NCBI GenBank assembly: GCA_963700155.1
Contig: OY969472.1
Span: 176,271-240,270, forward strand
Direction: 5' to 3'
Source of the DNA: an uncultured bacterium
Lineage (GTDB): Bacteria > Patescibacteriota > Dojkabacteria > J137
DNA length: 64,000 nucleotides
In this document: piece after piece, positions 20,583 through 30,946 of the stretch
Numbering within the stretch: position 1 is the first letter of the stretch
How the letters are laid out: each line of letters starts with the position of its first letter
The notes under the pieces: generated by a model
Told to the model about the DNA's origin: nothing
Database searches by the model: none
What the model saw: only the letters and a program-made list of their open reading frames with translations
Position numbers and translations under genes: made by a program

Positions 20583-21659
20583 CTATCTTTCTCGAAATTT
20601 ATATGCTGGAAGATTTTGATCTTTTATATCGATTTGGTAAGTGTGGAATTTGTAATTTGGATGCTGTATAGAAACATTATATTTCCCAATTGGGATTTCT
20701 TGTTCAGAGAATCTACCATCTTGTGAACTTACTGCTTGAAAAGTTGAGTTATCTTCAAGATTTGTAAATGTAATTGATGCTTGAGAAATTGGATTATCTC
20801 TTTTATCTACAATAACTCCAAATACATTTTTTGTAGTTTTTACTACTGGAGTTACAACCATTCCGCTATTTCTTCCTATAGTTGATTGTATAGGATGATT
20901 TTGAGGATATTGCTGATTATTCATATTAATCAACTTAATTTCGCTATAAAGATCATTAATTCGAGAAAGAATTTCCTGTTCTTTTGGTTTATTATTTGTA
21001 TCTTTATTTAATCTTGACAATTCATATTTTAGTTTATTAATCTCGTTTTGGTAATCCTGAATTGAAATTGGTCTTGTCTGTTGTTGTTTATTAATAGTTT
21101 GTTGAAATTGTTGTTGGTTTTGTATCTGAGGAAGGGCTTTTTGTTGAATATTTCCTGAAAACTCTTGAGAGTATAATCTATCCAAGTTGGATTTCCTTAC
21201 TGGGTCACTTTCAAATGGAGTCTCAAGTTCAGTATATTCTTCAGGTTCTGCCTTTGAACTAAAAAGCTTGTCTAATGGAATTTTTGTTATATCAATTTTT
21301 TCCTCATTTTTCATCGAAGATACTTTTTGAGATTTTTTCACTTCTTTCTCTCCTTTTGCTTGTAATAGTTCTGGTGTAGATTCTTTCTTCATCCATACGT
21401 ATCTTGGTGAAATGAAAATTGACTTAATAAATCCAAACAACCAAACTCCAAAATTTTCATTAAGTGCAATTAAAATTCCTATTGCAACTGATAATAATAT
21501 TAGTGGTATTTTTATTAAAAGAGGGATGATCGGAAGCAAATAGATTACTACACCAACTAAACAACCAATAATAATCTTTGAAAACTGTTTTAAAGTAAAG
21601 CTTCCAAAAAGTTTAAATTCTACATCAATTATATTTTGTGGTACTGGATGTTGTTCCAA
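20583..21659 (-). CDS. Hypothetical membrane protein with a Gln-rich linker and a C-terminal carboxypeptidase-regulatory-like beta domain
   Basis: Two N-terminal TM helices, a Q/N-rich low-complexity middle, and a C-terminal VIVDKRDNPISQASITF...GKYNVSIQHPNYKF. Confidence 0.45.
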   Translation of the reverse strand: MEQHPVPQNIIDVEFKLFGSFTLKQFSKIIIGCLVGVVIYLLPIIPLLIKIPLILLSVAIGILIALNENFGVWLFGFIKSIFISPRYVWMKKESTPELLQAKGEKEVKKSQKVSSMKNEEKIDITKIPLDKLFSSKAEPEEYTELETPFESDPVRKSNLDRLYSQEFSGNIQQKALPQIQNQQQFQQTINKQQQTRPISIQDYQNEINKLKYELSRLNKDTNNKPKEQEILSRINDLYSEIKLINMNNQQYPQNHPIQSTIGRNSGMVVTPVVKTTKNVFGVIVDKRDNPISQASITFTNLEDNSTFQAVSSQDGRFSEQEIPIGKYNVSIQHPNYKFHTYQIDIKDQNLPAYKFRER

Positions 21660-21715
21660 ATTCTTATGTTAAGAACTATTCATTTACAGTTTACATTTTT
21701 CAAAAAAGTTTGTCA

Positions 21716-22384
21716 TCATATTAGTTTTTGTTCTTTAAAACTAAACCAAATGTCCTTAACTATAATTAAATGATCTAAAACATCAATACCTAAAATTTCT
21801 CCTGCTTTAACTAATCTTTTTGTTATATCAATATCTGCTTCAGATGGGCTTGAATTACCCGACGGATGATTATGGACAAGTATAATTGAAGCTGCGTTAT
21901 TTTTTATAGCGACTTCAAAAACTTCTCTTGGATGAACCAAACTTGCTGTTAAGGTGCCAATAGAAACAATTTCTCTTTTTATTTCTTGATTTCTACTATC
22001 TAAAAACAACACAATAAAATGCTCTTTTTTGGCAAAAGAATATTCACGCAATTCCTGATAAATTTCTTGTGGAGATAAATAAATATTAACTTTCTTATTT
22101 TCAAAAATTCTTTTGCCAATCTCAATAGTTGCAATAATTTCACACGCTTTAACATTCCCTAGACCTTGAAAATTAATTATGTCAGTATATTTAATGTTAG
22201 TGATTTTTTCTTTATTAAATTTTTTTAATACTTTCTCAGACAACTTAAGTACATTTTCGCCTTTCCTGCCTGTTCTTAAAATTATTGCAAAAAGCTCAGC
22301 GTCAGAAAGTTTTTCAGGACCATACCTAATCAGTTTTTCCCTTGGTCGAAGTATTATTGGAAGATCATGAATAGTCTGCTGCAT
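21716..22384 (-). CDS. radC: RadC-like JAB/MPN domain protein (UPF0758)
   Basis: The C-terminal HNHPSGNSSPSEADIDITKRL JAMM-like motif and overall RadC layout. Confidence 0.8.
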   Translation of the reverse strand: MQQTIHDLPIILRPREKLIRYGPEKLSDAELFAIILRTGRKGENVLKLSEKVLKKFNKEKITNIKYTDIINFQGLGNVKACEIIATIEIGKRIFENKKVNIYLSPQEIYQELREYSFAKKEHFIVLFLDSRNQEIKREIVSIGTLTASLVHPREVFEVAIKNNAASIILVHNHPSGNSSPSEADIDITKRLVKAGEILGIDVLDHLIIVKDIWFSFKEQKLI

Positions 22385-22453
22385 CTGATACTAATAAAAA
22401 CTAATATCAGATTTTAAAAAAAAGTTCTTACAAAATTATTACATGAATTATAT

Positions 22454-22975
22454 TTAAGATAGAATTATTTTAAAGGCTTCATTAAGGTAGTTAATTTCAC
22501 TATTTGAGTAACTTCTTTTTTTAAGCATTTCAATAACTTGTGCTACCAAGGATCTTATAAGTTCGTTAGACTTATAGAGATCTGATAAGGCGTATCGTGC
22601 AGATGATACAACACTCCTATATAAAATTTTTGTACTTTCATCAGTTTCCATAGAGCCAGGGACAATAACCTCAAGTAGAGCAAAAATTAACAAAATAGCA
22701 ATATTCTCAACTTGAGGTTTGAGAGTTTCGTTACTTTCTAAACTCACTTTTGAATCCTTTACAAGGTCAGCTTGTTCTTTTAGTTCACCTATAGCTAATA
22801 TTAAACTTCCGTTATGCTCTTTTTCTAGACCTTCTACCATTTTATTTAGCCTTTTTACATCCAACCAAGGGGAAAATAATTCATCTACAATTACAGTTTT
22901 ATACTCATTAAAATTCCTTTTCTCTTCACTTTCTCTAAATAATTTCATAAATAACAAAACTAAGGTAAAAGCCAT
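22454..22975 (-). CDS. Hypothetical protein
   Basis: ORF only. Overlaps the upstream gene by 16 nt, consistent with co-transcription. Confidence 0.45.
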   Translation of the reverse strand: MAFTLVLLFMKLFRESEEKRNFNEYKTVIVDELFSPWLDVKRLNKMVEGLEKEHNGSLILAIGELKEQADLVKDSKVSLESNETLKPQVENIAILLIFALLEVIVPGSMETDESTKILYRSVVSSARYALSDLYKSNELIRSLVAQVIEMLKKRSYSNSEINYLNEAFKIILS

Positions 22976-24810
22976 TTAAATCCTAGCAGATTTTCTAAGA
23001 AAGTGTCTAGTCCAGATGGAGTTTTGTTTTTTCTTTGTCGATTTGAGGTTGAATTATTATTAATTTCAAGTTCATATTTATTTTTCAGGTCGTTCAAAAC
23101 CCCCTTATCATAAGCATCTTTGATTACATTCCCATTCATACCACAGTTAGGGCAATTTTGATCCAAGTCGCAAACATCTATCGATCCTTCTCCACAAATT
23201 GGACATTTTATATGTCTCTCAACTTTTTTAGTCTCTTTATTATATTTATCAAAGAACTCAAGAATCTCACCTTTCTTCCCAATTACTTTATCAAAATTGC
23301 CCACAAGAGTATTATTACCAACGCTTTGACTATTTCGAGATTCTGAATTTTCAGACGCTGGTAAAGTTTTATTTTCAGAATTAATATTTTTTATTTGAAT
23401 ATTTACAACACCACATTCTGCCCCTTCTGAAATCTCAGAAATATTAACTTTTCCATCTTTAGAATTTTTACCAACATCAGTATTTTGGGATACGAAACCA
23501 GAAACTGTATTACCTGAGACTACACTTTGTAATAAGTTAGAATTGATTTTATCTTGATCCTCAATAGATATATTTTTATGTTTTGGCATATAAGTCATCC
23601 AAGCTGCATCAAGAACTTGTTGATATCTTTCTGAGAATTTTTGTAATTCAGTTGAATTTAAAGCAGCATTAGGAAGATTTGCCATAAGACTCTGTATAAA
23701 TGGATGAATAGTTAAGCCGATTGCATCTATTTTTGGTTTTATTAAATCATCATTAAGTCTCAAAATATCTAGTCCCCCTAAAGAATTTATTAAATTTAGT
23801 CTTTCGAGCAAATCTTCTTCTTCTATTCCCCTGATAATAAAAGTTTCGGATAAAATCTTATTTTGTGAAGATTTTAAGTTCCCAGTTTGAGTGGCAATCG
23901 AGAGTTCTCGCAGATTTTGTAGATCAAAAGCAAGTGCCTCTAGATTATTTGGCAATGAAAAGATTCTCGATTGCCACCCGTTTTTTGAATATTTATAAAT
24001 TCTCAACATAATATCCTTTTGATGTTTATAAATTGGTGGACTAAATTCAATAAATAAATCACCATTTTGAATTTGGACATCTTTCAATCCAGAGAGCTGT
24101 GAATATAAATAATTCAAGGTATTGCTATCAAAATCTTCTTCTAACAACAAGTTCAAAAGTTCTTCAGAATTTTTATATTTTAATTCCCATAATTTTAATA
24201 AATTCAAAAGTTCTACTAACTCTCTTTCATTATGTTTTACAGTAAAACACCTTATAGCAGAATCAATCATCATTTTATGTTTTTTTTGATCAAAATCGTT
24301 TTTAAAAATTCTTCCTCGCAGACTATTTTTATTCATAAATCTATTAAATTTATTTACTGTCTCACCTGAATAATTTTCTAAAATTTGATATGAATCCGCA
24401 TCTTTTAAAATAGATTCAAAATCATATAGCTTGCCTTCTTTTAGCTGAGTAAGAATATCCTGTTCAATTTGAGAATAAATTTCCCAGTAGCTTTCTGAAA
24501 TATTTAAATATTTTAACTTATCTTTGAAATTCAATTTCGATAAGTCAGCTGAATTTTCTAAAAGCTTTGACCAATAATCCCATTCAGAAAAAATATTTAT
24601 TAAATCTTCTAGTGAAAGTTCACTATTTCTAAAGTTATCTCCTAAAATTTGCAACAATAATCTGAATTTATCTTTTATAGATAAGGATAAACTATATCCT
24701 TTATCTTTAATTTCGAATGACTCTTCATATGTAGGTTTTAACCTTTGTAAAAAAGATTCAATGTATCTATCTAATAATGTAGAATTATCTACTGATTCAA
24801 CAAATTCCAT
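22960..24810 (-). CDS. Hypothetical 616-aa protein with a C-terminal Cys4 zinc-ribbon
   Basis: Long helical, Leu/Asn-rich ORF. The C-terminal CPICGEGSIDVCDLDQNCPNCG is a zinc-ribbon. Confidence 0.5.
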   Translation of the reverse strand: MEFVESVDNSTLLDRYIESFLQRLKPTYEESFEIKDKGYSLSLSIKDKFRLLLQILGDNFRNSELSLEDLINIFSEWDYWSKLLENSADLSKLNFKDKLKYLNISESYWEIYSQIEQDILTQLKEGKLYDFESILKDADSYQILENYSGETVNKFNRFMNKNSLRGRIFKNDFDQKKHKMMIDSAIRCFTVKHNERELVELLNLLKLWELKYKNSEELLNLLLEEDFDSNTLNYLYSQLSGLKDVQIQNGDLFIEFSPPIYKHQKDIMLRIYKYSKNGWQSRIFSLPNNLEALAFDLQNLRELSIATQTGNLKSSQNKILSETFIIRGIEEEDLLERLNLINSLGGLDILRLNDDLIKPKIDAIGLTIHPFIQSLMANLPNAALNSTELQKFSERYQQVLDAAWMTYMPKHKNISIEDQDKINSNLLQSVVSGNTVSGFVSQNTDVGKNSKDGKVNISEISEGAECGVVNIQIKNINSENKTLPASENSESRNSQSVGNNTLVGNFDKVIGKKGEILEFFDKYNKETKKVERHIKCPICGEGSIDVCDLDQNCPNCGMNGNVIKDAYDKGVLNDLKNKYELEINNNSTSNRQRKNKTPSGLDTFLENLLGFKWLLP

Positions 24811-25010
24811 TCAATTTGAATTATATTTATTCATGCTCGTGAACTCTCTATCGAGAATGCAGAAATTTGCTGGTATCCGGACTTTCAAAAATGATTACCG
24901 TTGCGGCACAGTGAAGGATTTTCACCTTCTTCCCCAGCGCCTATCATCTAAGTTTAGACTTCGGCTTCTGTGATATAAACAATAGTTTAAATTTTAAAAA
25001 TATTCAAGAA

Positions 25011-25280
25011 TTATTGGATAAAATCTGTACTTTTTTCTCTGGTACTTCCTTGCAGCTTAGCGATTTCAGCTTTAATTTTAGAAGCGATTTCATTATAATC
25101 ACCGCTATATTGTGCAGTATATTTGAAAATATAGTCATCTATCGATACTTTAGGATTATTTTCACTTTCAATAAGTATTTTTAAAGCAATTCTTTTGACT
25201 TCTGAATCTGTTAAATTTTTGTTTTTCGCTTCAACAGCCTTAATATCTTCAAGGGTACTTGGTTTATTTGTTAAATTCAT
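25011..25280 (-). CDS. Hypothetical small protein
   Basis: ORF only. Confidence 0.4.
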   Translation of the reverse strand: MNLTNKPSTLEDIKAVEAKNKNLTDSEVKRIALKILIESENNPKVSIDDYIFKYTAQYSGDYNEIASKIKAEIAKLQGSTREKSTDFIQ

Positions 25281-25384
25281 ATGGAAAATATTAATATTAA
25301 ATAAGATTAATTTACCATAAAATCTTGTATATAGTATATAATCCCTAAATTACTTTAATATACAAATGAAAAGTATTACTTATA

Positions 25385-25708
25385 ATGGAAACAGAAGCAC
25401 AGGAAGCAAAGAAAGAAATTTTGTTACAAAAAGTTTTTGATTTACTGAAAAGTTACTTTCAATATAAGCTTTTATTTAACAAACCTGAAGTTATCTCAAA
25501 GCGAAATTTAATTAAACTACTAAAAGAAAATCTTCCAGAGTACTCAATGCAAGAAGTACTAGAATCTATAAATACTCTATTTACAATGAAAATTTTATTT
25601 TCCGATGAAATCGATAATCAAGGTGTCTGTGCTTTTTCTGATCAAATAAGAGAATTATATTTAAACGAGATTAGAGTCATTCAAAAAGATATTACCATTC
25701 AGCCTTAG
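25385..25708 (+). CDS. Hypothetical small protein
   Basis: ORF only. Confidence 0.4.
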   Translation: METEAQEAKKEILLQKVFDLLKSYFQYKLLFNKPEVISKRNLIKLLKENLPEYSMQEVLESINTLFTMKILFSDEIDNQGVCAFSDQIRELYLNEIRVIQKDITIQP

Positions 25709-26237
25709 TTTCCTCAATTAACTCAGCACCAGAATCAGAAAGAATAGTATTAACCTCTTCCTCATTCTCTTCATCTATTGGAACAGCTATTAATACATAA
25801 TTTTCTTTCATATAATTTTCGATGAACGTTGTATCTTCTAGTTTTAAACCAAGTTTTTCAAGAATTTTATCAAATTCTATTTCGGGCCTACCTTCTTGAG
25901 TAACCTCGTCTTCAAAATCAGATTCCAGGTCCTCCTCTTCAACAATATTTCCTATCGGCCCTGCAAAAATCATATCTCCTACGTTAGGAACAACAACTTC
26001 AACTGTTCCAAATTCTCCAGTAGCAATCGGATCTATTAACCCACGTACTTCTTCCATTCCTTCTCCGTCAAGTTCACTACTATAATCCTCATTATTTTCT
26101 TCAGGTTCTGGTTCTTCATTTTCATTTTTTGTAATTAAAGATACTTCTTGTAAAAAGCCAGATTCGCTAAGTTCGTTTATTGCTGTTTGAGCATCTTCTA
26201 TTTCTTTAAATATAGCAACCAATAATTTTTGCGACAT
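25692..26237 (-). CDS. Highly acidic YflT/general-stress-protein-like protein (two half-domains)
   Basis: N-terminal LLVAIFKEIEDAQTAINELSESGF resembles the YflT-type heat/general stress domain. The second half YVLIAVPIDEENEEEVNTIL repeats the pattern. About 30% Asp+Glu. Confidence 0.4.
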   Translation of the reverse strand: MSQKLLVAIFKEIEDAQTAINELSESGFLQEVSLITKNENEEPEPEENNEDYSSELDGEGMEEVRGLIDPIATGEFGTVEVVVPNVGDMIFAGPIGNIVEEEDLESDFEDEVTQEGRPEIEFDKILEKLGLKLEDTTFIENYMKENYVLIAVPIDEENEEEVNTILSDSGAELIEETKAEW

Positions 26238-26329
26238 ATTTTCAAATTAAAAGTTAAACAATAATTAAAGTTTATCTTAAGTATTTTAAAAAGTATAGAC
26301 AATATTAATAATCTAAAATATAATACGAA

Positions 26330-26728
26330 TTGCTTTTACATACAATAATGATAGAGGAATTACTCTTTAACGAAACAATCGAAATAAATACTTGTATAGA
26401 AGAAATTGCAAATTATTTACTAAAATATACTGGTTTTGATATATATACTGAAGAAGAGCTAAATAAAATTATCTCACTTCTAAGAACTGATCATAAAAAA
26501 GCCAGAAAATTAAGAGTAATGATATATCTTGTCTTAAAAGAAGGGACAAAGCGAAAAGCAAGTGAATATGCTCAAGGTATTCTTAATCAGAAAGGTTATA
26601 GCAATGTTAATTTCACTATTTATCTATGTAAAAAAAACGTTCGTAATTTAATTGAGGAATACTTAAATAACGAAATAAATATGAATGTTTTTTTTCAAAG
26701 AATTTCTACTAAACAAATAGAGAGTTAA
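26330..26728 (+). CDS. Hypothetical protein
   Basis: ORF only. Confidence 0.4.
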   Translation: MLLHTIMIEELLFNETIEINTCIEEIANYLLKYTGFDIYTEEELNKIISLLRTDHKKARKLRVMIYLVLKEGTKRKASEYAQGILNQKGYSNVNFTIYLCKKNVRNLIEEYLNNEINMNVFFQRISTKQIES

Positions 26729-26731
26729 ATA

Positions 26732-27535
26732 TTATTTACTCTCAAAATAATTATATAATCTTGCAAAAACGTAAAGTATAAAGGCAATTGTAGCTATAAA
26801 GAAGCTTACCGGCCAAGAAATATAATAGGATAATATAATACCTGAAATAACCTCAAATAACCCAATCATTATTGCTAGGATTATTGTATTAATCGGCCTC
26901 GAAGATAAATATTGAGCTGTCGCAGCAGGAACTAAAATTAAAGTAAATATCAATAGAACTCCCACAACTTGAACTGCAATTGAAACACTAACAGCAAGGA
27001 CAATGAAGAAAACTATTGATAAAGTTTTAACTGGAAGTCCTTTAGCTTCAGCAACTACTGGATCAATAGAATAAAATAATAGCTGTTTGTAAATAATTGC
27101 AATTATAACTACACAAATTATACTTAGAACCAAAGTCTGAATTACATCCTGTCCACTAACTCCTAAAATCGTTCCAAATAAAATAGAAAAAACCTGAGTT
27201 GCGTATTTTGTATAAAGACTTAAAAATAACGCCCCCAACCCAAGACTAAATGAAAGTACAACTCCAATTGAAACATCTCGACCTCTAACCTTTTCTCCTA
27301 AAAATCCCATTACAACTCCAGCAATAACCGTAAATACCAAAAGTCCAACTAATGGATTAAGACCAATTAGAACTGCTCCTGTAGCTCCTGCAAACCCAAT
27401 ATGAGCAAGTGAATGTGCAGCAAAAGACAAACCTCTTATTACTACAAAATACCCTATTACAGCAGCAAGAATAGCAACCAATGAGCCTACTATCAATGCA
27501 TTCCTAACAAATTCAAACTGTAAAAAATCAATCAT
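26732..27535 (-). CDS. Metal (Zn/Mn) ABC transporter permease, ABC-3 (ZnuB/TroCD) family
   Basis: Polytopic membrane protein. It sits in an operon after the ATPase and the cluster-9 binding protein. Confidence 0.75.
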   Translation of the reverse strand: MIDFLQFEFVRNALIVGSLVAILAAVIGYFVVIRGLSFAAHSLAHIGFAGATGAVLIGLNPLVGLLVFTVIAGVVMGFLGEKVRGRDVSIGVVLSFSLGLGALFLSLYTKYATQVFSILFGTILGVSGQDVIQTLVLSIICVVIIAIIYKQLLFYSIDPVVAEAKGLPVKTLSIVFFIVLAVSVSIAVQVVGVLLIFTLILVPAATAQYLSSRPINTIILAIMIGLFEVISGIILSYYISWPVSFFIATIAFILYVFARLYNYFESK

Positions 27536-27548
27536 ATAAATTATCTAA

Positions 27549-28337
27549 TCAATTATTTAATTTATTATATTTTTCAATCGCTGCGACAAAAATTCTGCCA
27601 TTTACATCAAAGACTTTAACAGTCGAATCATATAACTTAGACAATACATCCTCTTGAATTACTTCTTTTGGAGTCCCAATTTCCGCATGCTTATTTGCAA
27701 GATATATTACTTTATCTATATAAGGCAGCAAAGGATTTACATCATGAGCAACAAGTAGAATTGTATGACAATGCTCTTTGTGATATTTTGAGATCCTTTG
27801 TAAAATTTCAGACTGATATGAAATATCAAGATTAGCTAAAGGCTCATCTAATAAAAGCAAATGAGGATCACTCACTAAAGCTTGTGCTAAAGAAATCCTT
27901 TGCTGCTCTCCACCAGACATTTTTCCAAGTTTTTTATGTGCTAAATCTTCAGCATCCATCTGCCTTAGTACTTTATCTGTTTTTGATTTAACTCCTGCAA
28001 TTGGTAAAAAAGAGGCGAAGCCATTAGTAACTAACCCTAAAGATACATAATCTCTTCCAGTAATTGGAATATCAGGATCAAAAGGCTTCGCCTGAGGAGA
28101 ATATCCTATTTTCTGATTTCCTCTTTTAATCTTCTTCCCAAATACTTTTATATCTCCCGCTGTTGGGGTGATTAATCCTAAAATTGCTTTTAAAAGTGTT
28201 GATTTCCCTGAACCATTCGGGCCTAATACAGCTATAAAATCTCCCCTATCAATTGTCAAATTAATATTTTCAAGAACATTCTCTCCAGCAAGGTTTATTG
28301 ATAAGTTTTTTATTTCTATTATTGGTTCTTTTTTCAT
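27549..28337 (-). CDS. Metal ABC transporter ATP-binding protein (ZnuC/TroB-like)
   Basis: Walker A GPNGSGKSTLLK, signature LSGGEQQRISLAQAL and Walker B LLLDEP. Confidence 0.85.
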   Translation of the reverse strand: MKKEPIIEIKNLSINLAGENVLENINLTIDRGDFIAVLGPNGSGKSTLLKAILGLITPTAGDIKVFGKKIKRGNQKIGYSPQAKPFDPDIPITGRDYVSLGLVTNGFASFLPIAGVKSKTDKVLRQMDAEDLAHKKLGKMSGGEQQRISLAQALVSDPHLLLLDEPLANLDISYQSEILQRISKYHKEHCHTILLVAHDVNPLLPYIDKVIYLANKHAEIGTPKEVIQEDVLSKLYDSTVKVFDVNGRIFVAAIEKYNKLNN

Positions 28338-29230
28338 TTATTTGAATTTAAAGCATTTTTTAAATCGTTAAGTTGACTTTGCATCCAGCTTTGATAAGTG
28401 GCCCCTATTGGCATTGTCTCAGTTACTCCGACTACTGGAACATTATTTTCTTCGGCAAAAGTTTTCTCTTTTAAAGTTAACTGCGACTCCGTCTGATTAT
28501 TATAAATTAAAACTTTTGCCTCATGAGTCTTTAAAATATTTTCAAAAGAATTTATTGCTGTTACTGATGGATCATTTTCTTCCTCTACAGCTTTTTGAAA
28601 ATCATTTTTTATTGGAATAAGTCCGCATTTCAAAAGCATATAATCCGCAACTCTTTCCATTGCAACAACTTTAGTTCCATTATACAGATTTTTGATGCTA
28701 AGACATTCGCTTTCTATTGAATTCAATGAGTTTATAAAACTATTGTAGCCATCTTTATACCTTCCCTGATTTAAACTATCCATCTCGACTAATTTATCTA
28801 AAAGATTTGTTGCAAAAGTTTTTATTATATCTGTACTGTACCAGACATGAGGATTATCTTCTTCTGTTATTCCTGAAAGATTAGCAACATTTATCACAAT
28901 CTTATTCGAAGTTGTTGATAAAATATTACCCATAAAAGGATCATATCCAGCTCCACTTTCAATAACTATATCAGCGTTACTAATATCCCTTGCATCCTTA
29001 GAAGTAGCATCATAATCATGTGGGTCCTGGCTTGGATTTGAAAGTATACTTAAAACTTCAACATTATCTCCACCTATCTGTGAAGCAATATTCCCATAAA
29101 AGTTTTCGGCTGCGACGATTTTAACTTTATCCAGTGTATTATTTGGTAAATTAGTCCTATTAGCAATCATCAATATTCCTATAATTCCAACAATAATTAT
29201 GACTGGTATAAGAAATATTAATTTCTTCAT
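28334..29230 (-). CDS. Metal-binding lipoprotein/substrate-binding protein, ZnuA/TroA (cluster A-I) family
   Basis: Signal/TM N-terminus. DPHDY and NPHVWYS motifs are typical of ZnuA/TroA metal ligands. Overlaps znuC-like by 4 nt. Confidence 0.7.
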   Translation of the reverse strand: MKKLIFLIPVIIIVGIIGILMIANRTNLPNNTLDKVKIVAAENFYGNIASQIGGDNVEVLSILSNPSQDPHDYDATSKDARDISNADIVIESGAGYDPFMGNILSTTSNKIVINVANLSGITEEDNPHVWYSTDIIKTFATNLLDKLVEMDSLNQGRYKDGYNSFINSLNSIESECLSIKNLYNGTKVVAMERVADYMLLKCGLIPIKNDFQKAVEEENDPSVTAINSFENILKTHEAKVLIYNNQTESQLTLKEKTFAEENNVPVVGVTETMPIGATYQSWMQSQLNDLKNALNSNK

Positions 29231-29319
29231 ATTTCACAGTAAGAAGTTAAACATAAGCAGCATAATATCAGAGTAAAATTCTAATTGCAAATTATTCGCA
29301 TTTAAAATATAATCAAAAA

Positions 29320-29739
29320 ATGAAAACTCAAACTGAAAACATAAGTCAGATACTAAAAATGTATGATATTAAGTCTACATTAGGTACAATTTTAATATAT
29401 AAAATTCTAGATAAAAGTGATAATCCAATTAGTTTGATAGAAATTAAAAAAAAAGTTAATGGAGAAATACATTTAGCAACAATATACCGCATTTTAGAAA
29501 AATTAGAGAATAAAGGAGTTGTTAATAAATTACAATTTAACGAACAAAAATCTTTTTATGAATTAAATCGATCCCCGCATAATCATTTTATTTGTTCTCA
29601 TTGTAATAAAGTTATTGATATTTACTTAGAAAGCGAAAATCTTAGTTTTATAAAAAAAGATATACTAAATAAATATAATCTCAAAGTCCAATCTGCAAGC
29701 ATAAACTTCACAGGAATTTGTTCGGAGTGTAAAAAGTAA
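29320..29739 (+). CDS. Fur-family metalloregulator (Zur-like), divergent from the metal ABC operon
   Basis: A winged-helix N-terminus, then an HxHHxxC...CxxC pattern (HNHFICSHCNKV ... ICSECKK) typical of Fur/Zur. Confidence 0.7.
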   Translation: MKTQTENISQILKMYDIKSTLGTILIYKILDKSDNPISLIEIKKKVNGEIHLATIYRILEKLENKGVVNKLQFNEQKSFYELNRSPHNHFICSHCNKVIDIYLESENLSFIKKDILNKYNLKVQSASINFTGICSECKK

Positions 29740-29760
29740 AAAATAACTTTTTACTTTTTT
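29731..29760 (+). terminator. Putative AT-rich intrinsic terminator after the Fur-family gene
   Basis: AAAAAGTAAAAA-ATAAC-TTTTTACTTTTT is a hairpin with a 12-bp mostly A/T stem containing only one G-C pair, followed by a T-run. Confidence 0.4.
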
Positions 29761-29804
29761 AGATAGTGTTTATAATATAAGTTATAAGTTTTTATATTTA
29801 CTAA

Positions 29805-30941
29805 ATGGAACTCTCCAAAAATGATCAAGATTTGTTAATTAATTCATCCAAAGTCAATGTTTTTAAATTAGCAGTGAAAAGTGCATTTAACCATATAATA
29901 ATAACTAACATAGATGGGAAAATAATTTTTGCAAACTCAGCTGCAGAAAGAATCACAGGTTATTCAAAAGAAGAAATAATAGGTAGTACACCTAGACTAT
30001 GGGGAGGACAGATGCCAAAAGGATTCTATGAAAACATGTGGCATGTTATCAAAGATGAAGGAAAGCCTTTTCAGGGAGAATTAACAAACAGAAGAAAAAA
30101 CGGAATTTTATATATTGCAAAATCGATTATTTCTCCAATTTTTGATGATGAAAATAAAATTATTGGATTTGTTGGAACAGAAGAAGATATAACAAAAGCA
30201 AAAGAGGCTGACAGAATGAAAACAGAGTTTGTTTCAATAACTGCTCATCAATTGAAAACCCCTATGACAAGTATCAAATGGAACTTAGAACTCTTAAAAG
30301 GAAAAATATTCGATAAATTAGATGATGAAGGAAAAGAAGCTTTCAGCTTCATTGATAAATCTAATCTTAATTTAATAAATTTAACAGATATCCTTTTAAA
30401 TATCACAAGAATAGAGTCTGGTCGACTAACTATAATACCTAAACCTATAAAATTAGGAGAATTGTTAAATAACGTTATAAAAACCCTTGAACCCGAAATT
30501 AGAAATAAAAATATTCAATTAAATAAAGAAATAGTTAAAGAAGATGAGGTAAATGCTGATAGTGAATTGGTTTATCAACTTCTCAGTAATCTTATTAGTA
30601 ATGCAATAAAATATTCTCCTGATAATTCAAAGATTGATATAAAAATAATGAAAGACAATGAGAACTTTATCTTAAGTATTAAAGATAATGGATATGGAAT
30701 ACCTGAAAGTGAAAAAAAGAAAGTGTTTCAAAAACATTTTAGAGGGACAAATATTATTGATAAAAGAATTGGAGGAACTGGTCTCGGATTATATTTTGTT
30801 AAATTAATAGTAGATTCTTATGGTGGTGAGATTTGGTTTGAAAGTAAAGAGAATGAAGGTTCAACCTTTACTTTTACCATCCCCATAATTGGTATGAAAA
30901 GCAAAGATGGAGAAATTAGATTAACTTCAGTTGGAAAATAA
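29805..30941 (+). CDS. Cytoplasmic PAS-domain sensor histidine kinase
   Basis: PAS fold (NIDGKIIFANSAAERITGYSKEEIIG). HisKA H-box ITAHQLKTPMTSI. HATPase_c N, G1 and G2 boxes (NAIKYSP, DNGYGIP, GGTGLGLYFVK). No TM. Confidence 0.85.
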   Translation: MELSKNDQDLLINSSKVNVFKLAVKSAFNHIIITNIDGKIIFANSAAERITGYSKEEIIGSTPRLWGGQMPKGFYENMWHVIKDEGKPFQGELTNRRKNGILYIAKSIISPIFDDENKIIGFVGTEEDITKAKEADRMKTEFVSITAHQLKTPMTSIKWNLELLKGKIFDKLDDEGKEAFSFIDKSNLNLINLTDILLNITRIESGRLTIIPKPIKLGELLNNVIKTLEPEIRNKNIQLNKEIVKEDEVNADSELVYQLLSNLISNAIKYSPDNSKIDIKIMKDNENFILSIKDNGYGIPESEKKKVFQKHFRGTNIIDKRIGGTGLGLYFVKLIVDSYGGEIWFESKENEGSTFTFTIPIIGMKSKDGEIRLTSVGK

Positions 30942-30946
30942 TTAAA

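Noticed and set aside
24831-24990. RNase P RNA or SRP (4.5S) RNA
   Set aside because: The GAAAGUCCGG-like and ACAGAAGCCG-like strings are in the wrong relative order and the segment is too short for RNase P. The GGUCCGGAAGGAAGCAGC helix-8 motif of SRP RNA is not matched. Retained only as an unclassified candidate RNA.
29231-29319. Zur/Fur box in the divergent znuA-zur intergenic region
   Set aside because: Only a weak TAATT-GCA-AATTA 5-bp-arm palindrome is visible. It is not convincing without a PWM scan.
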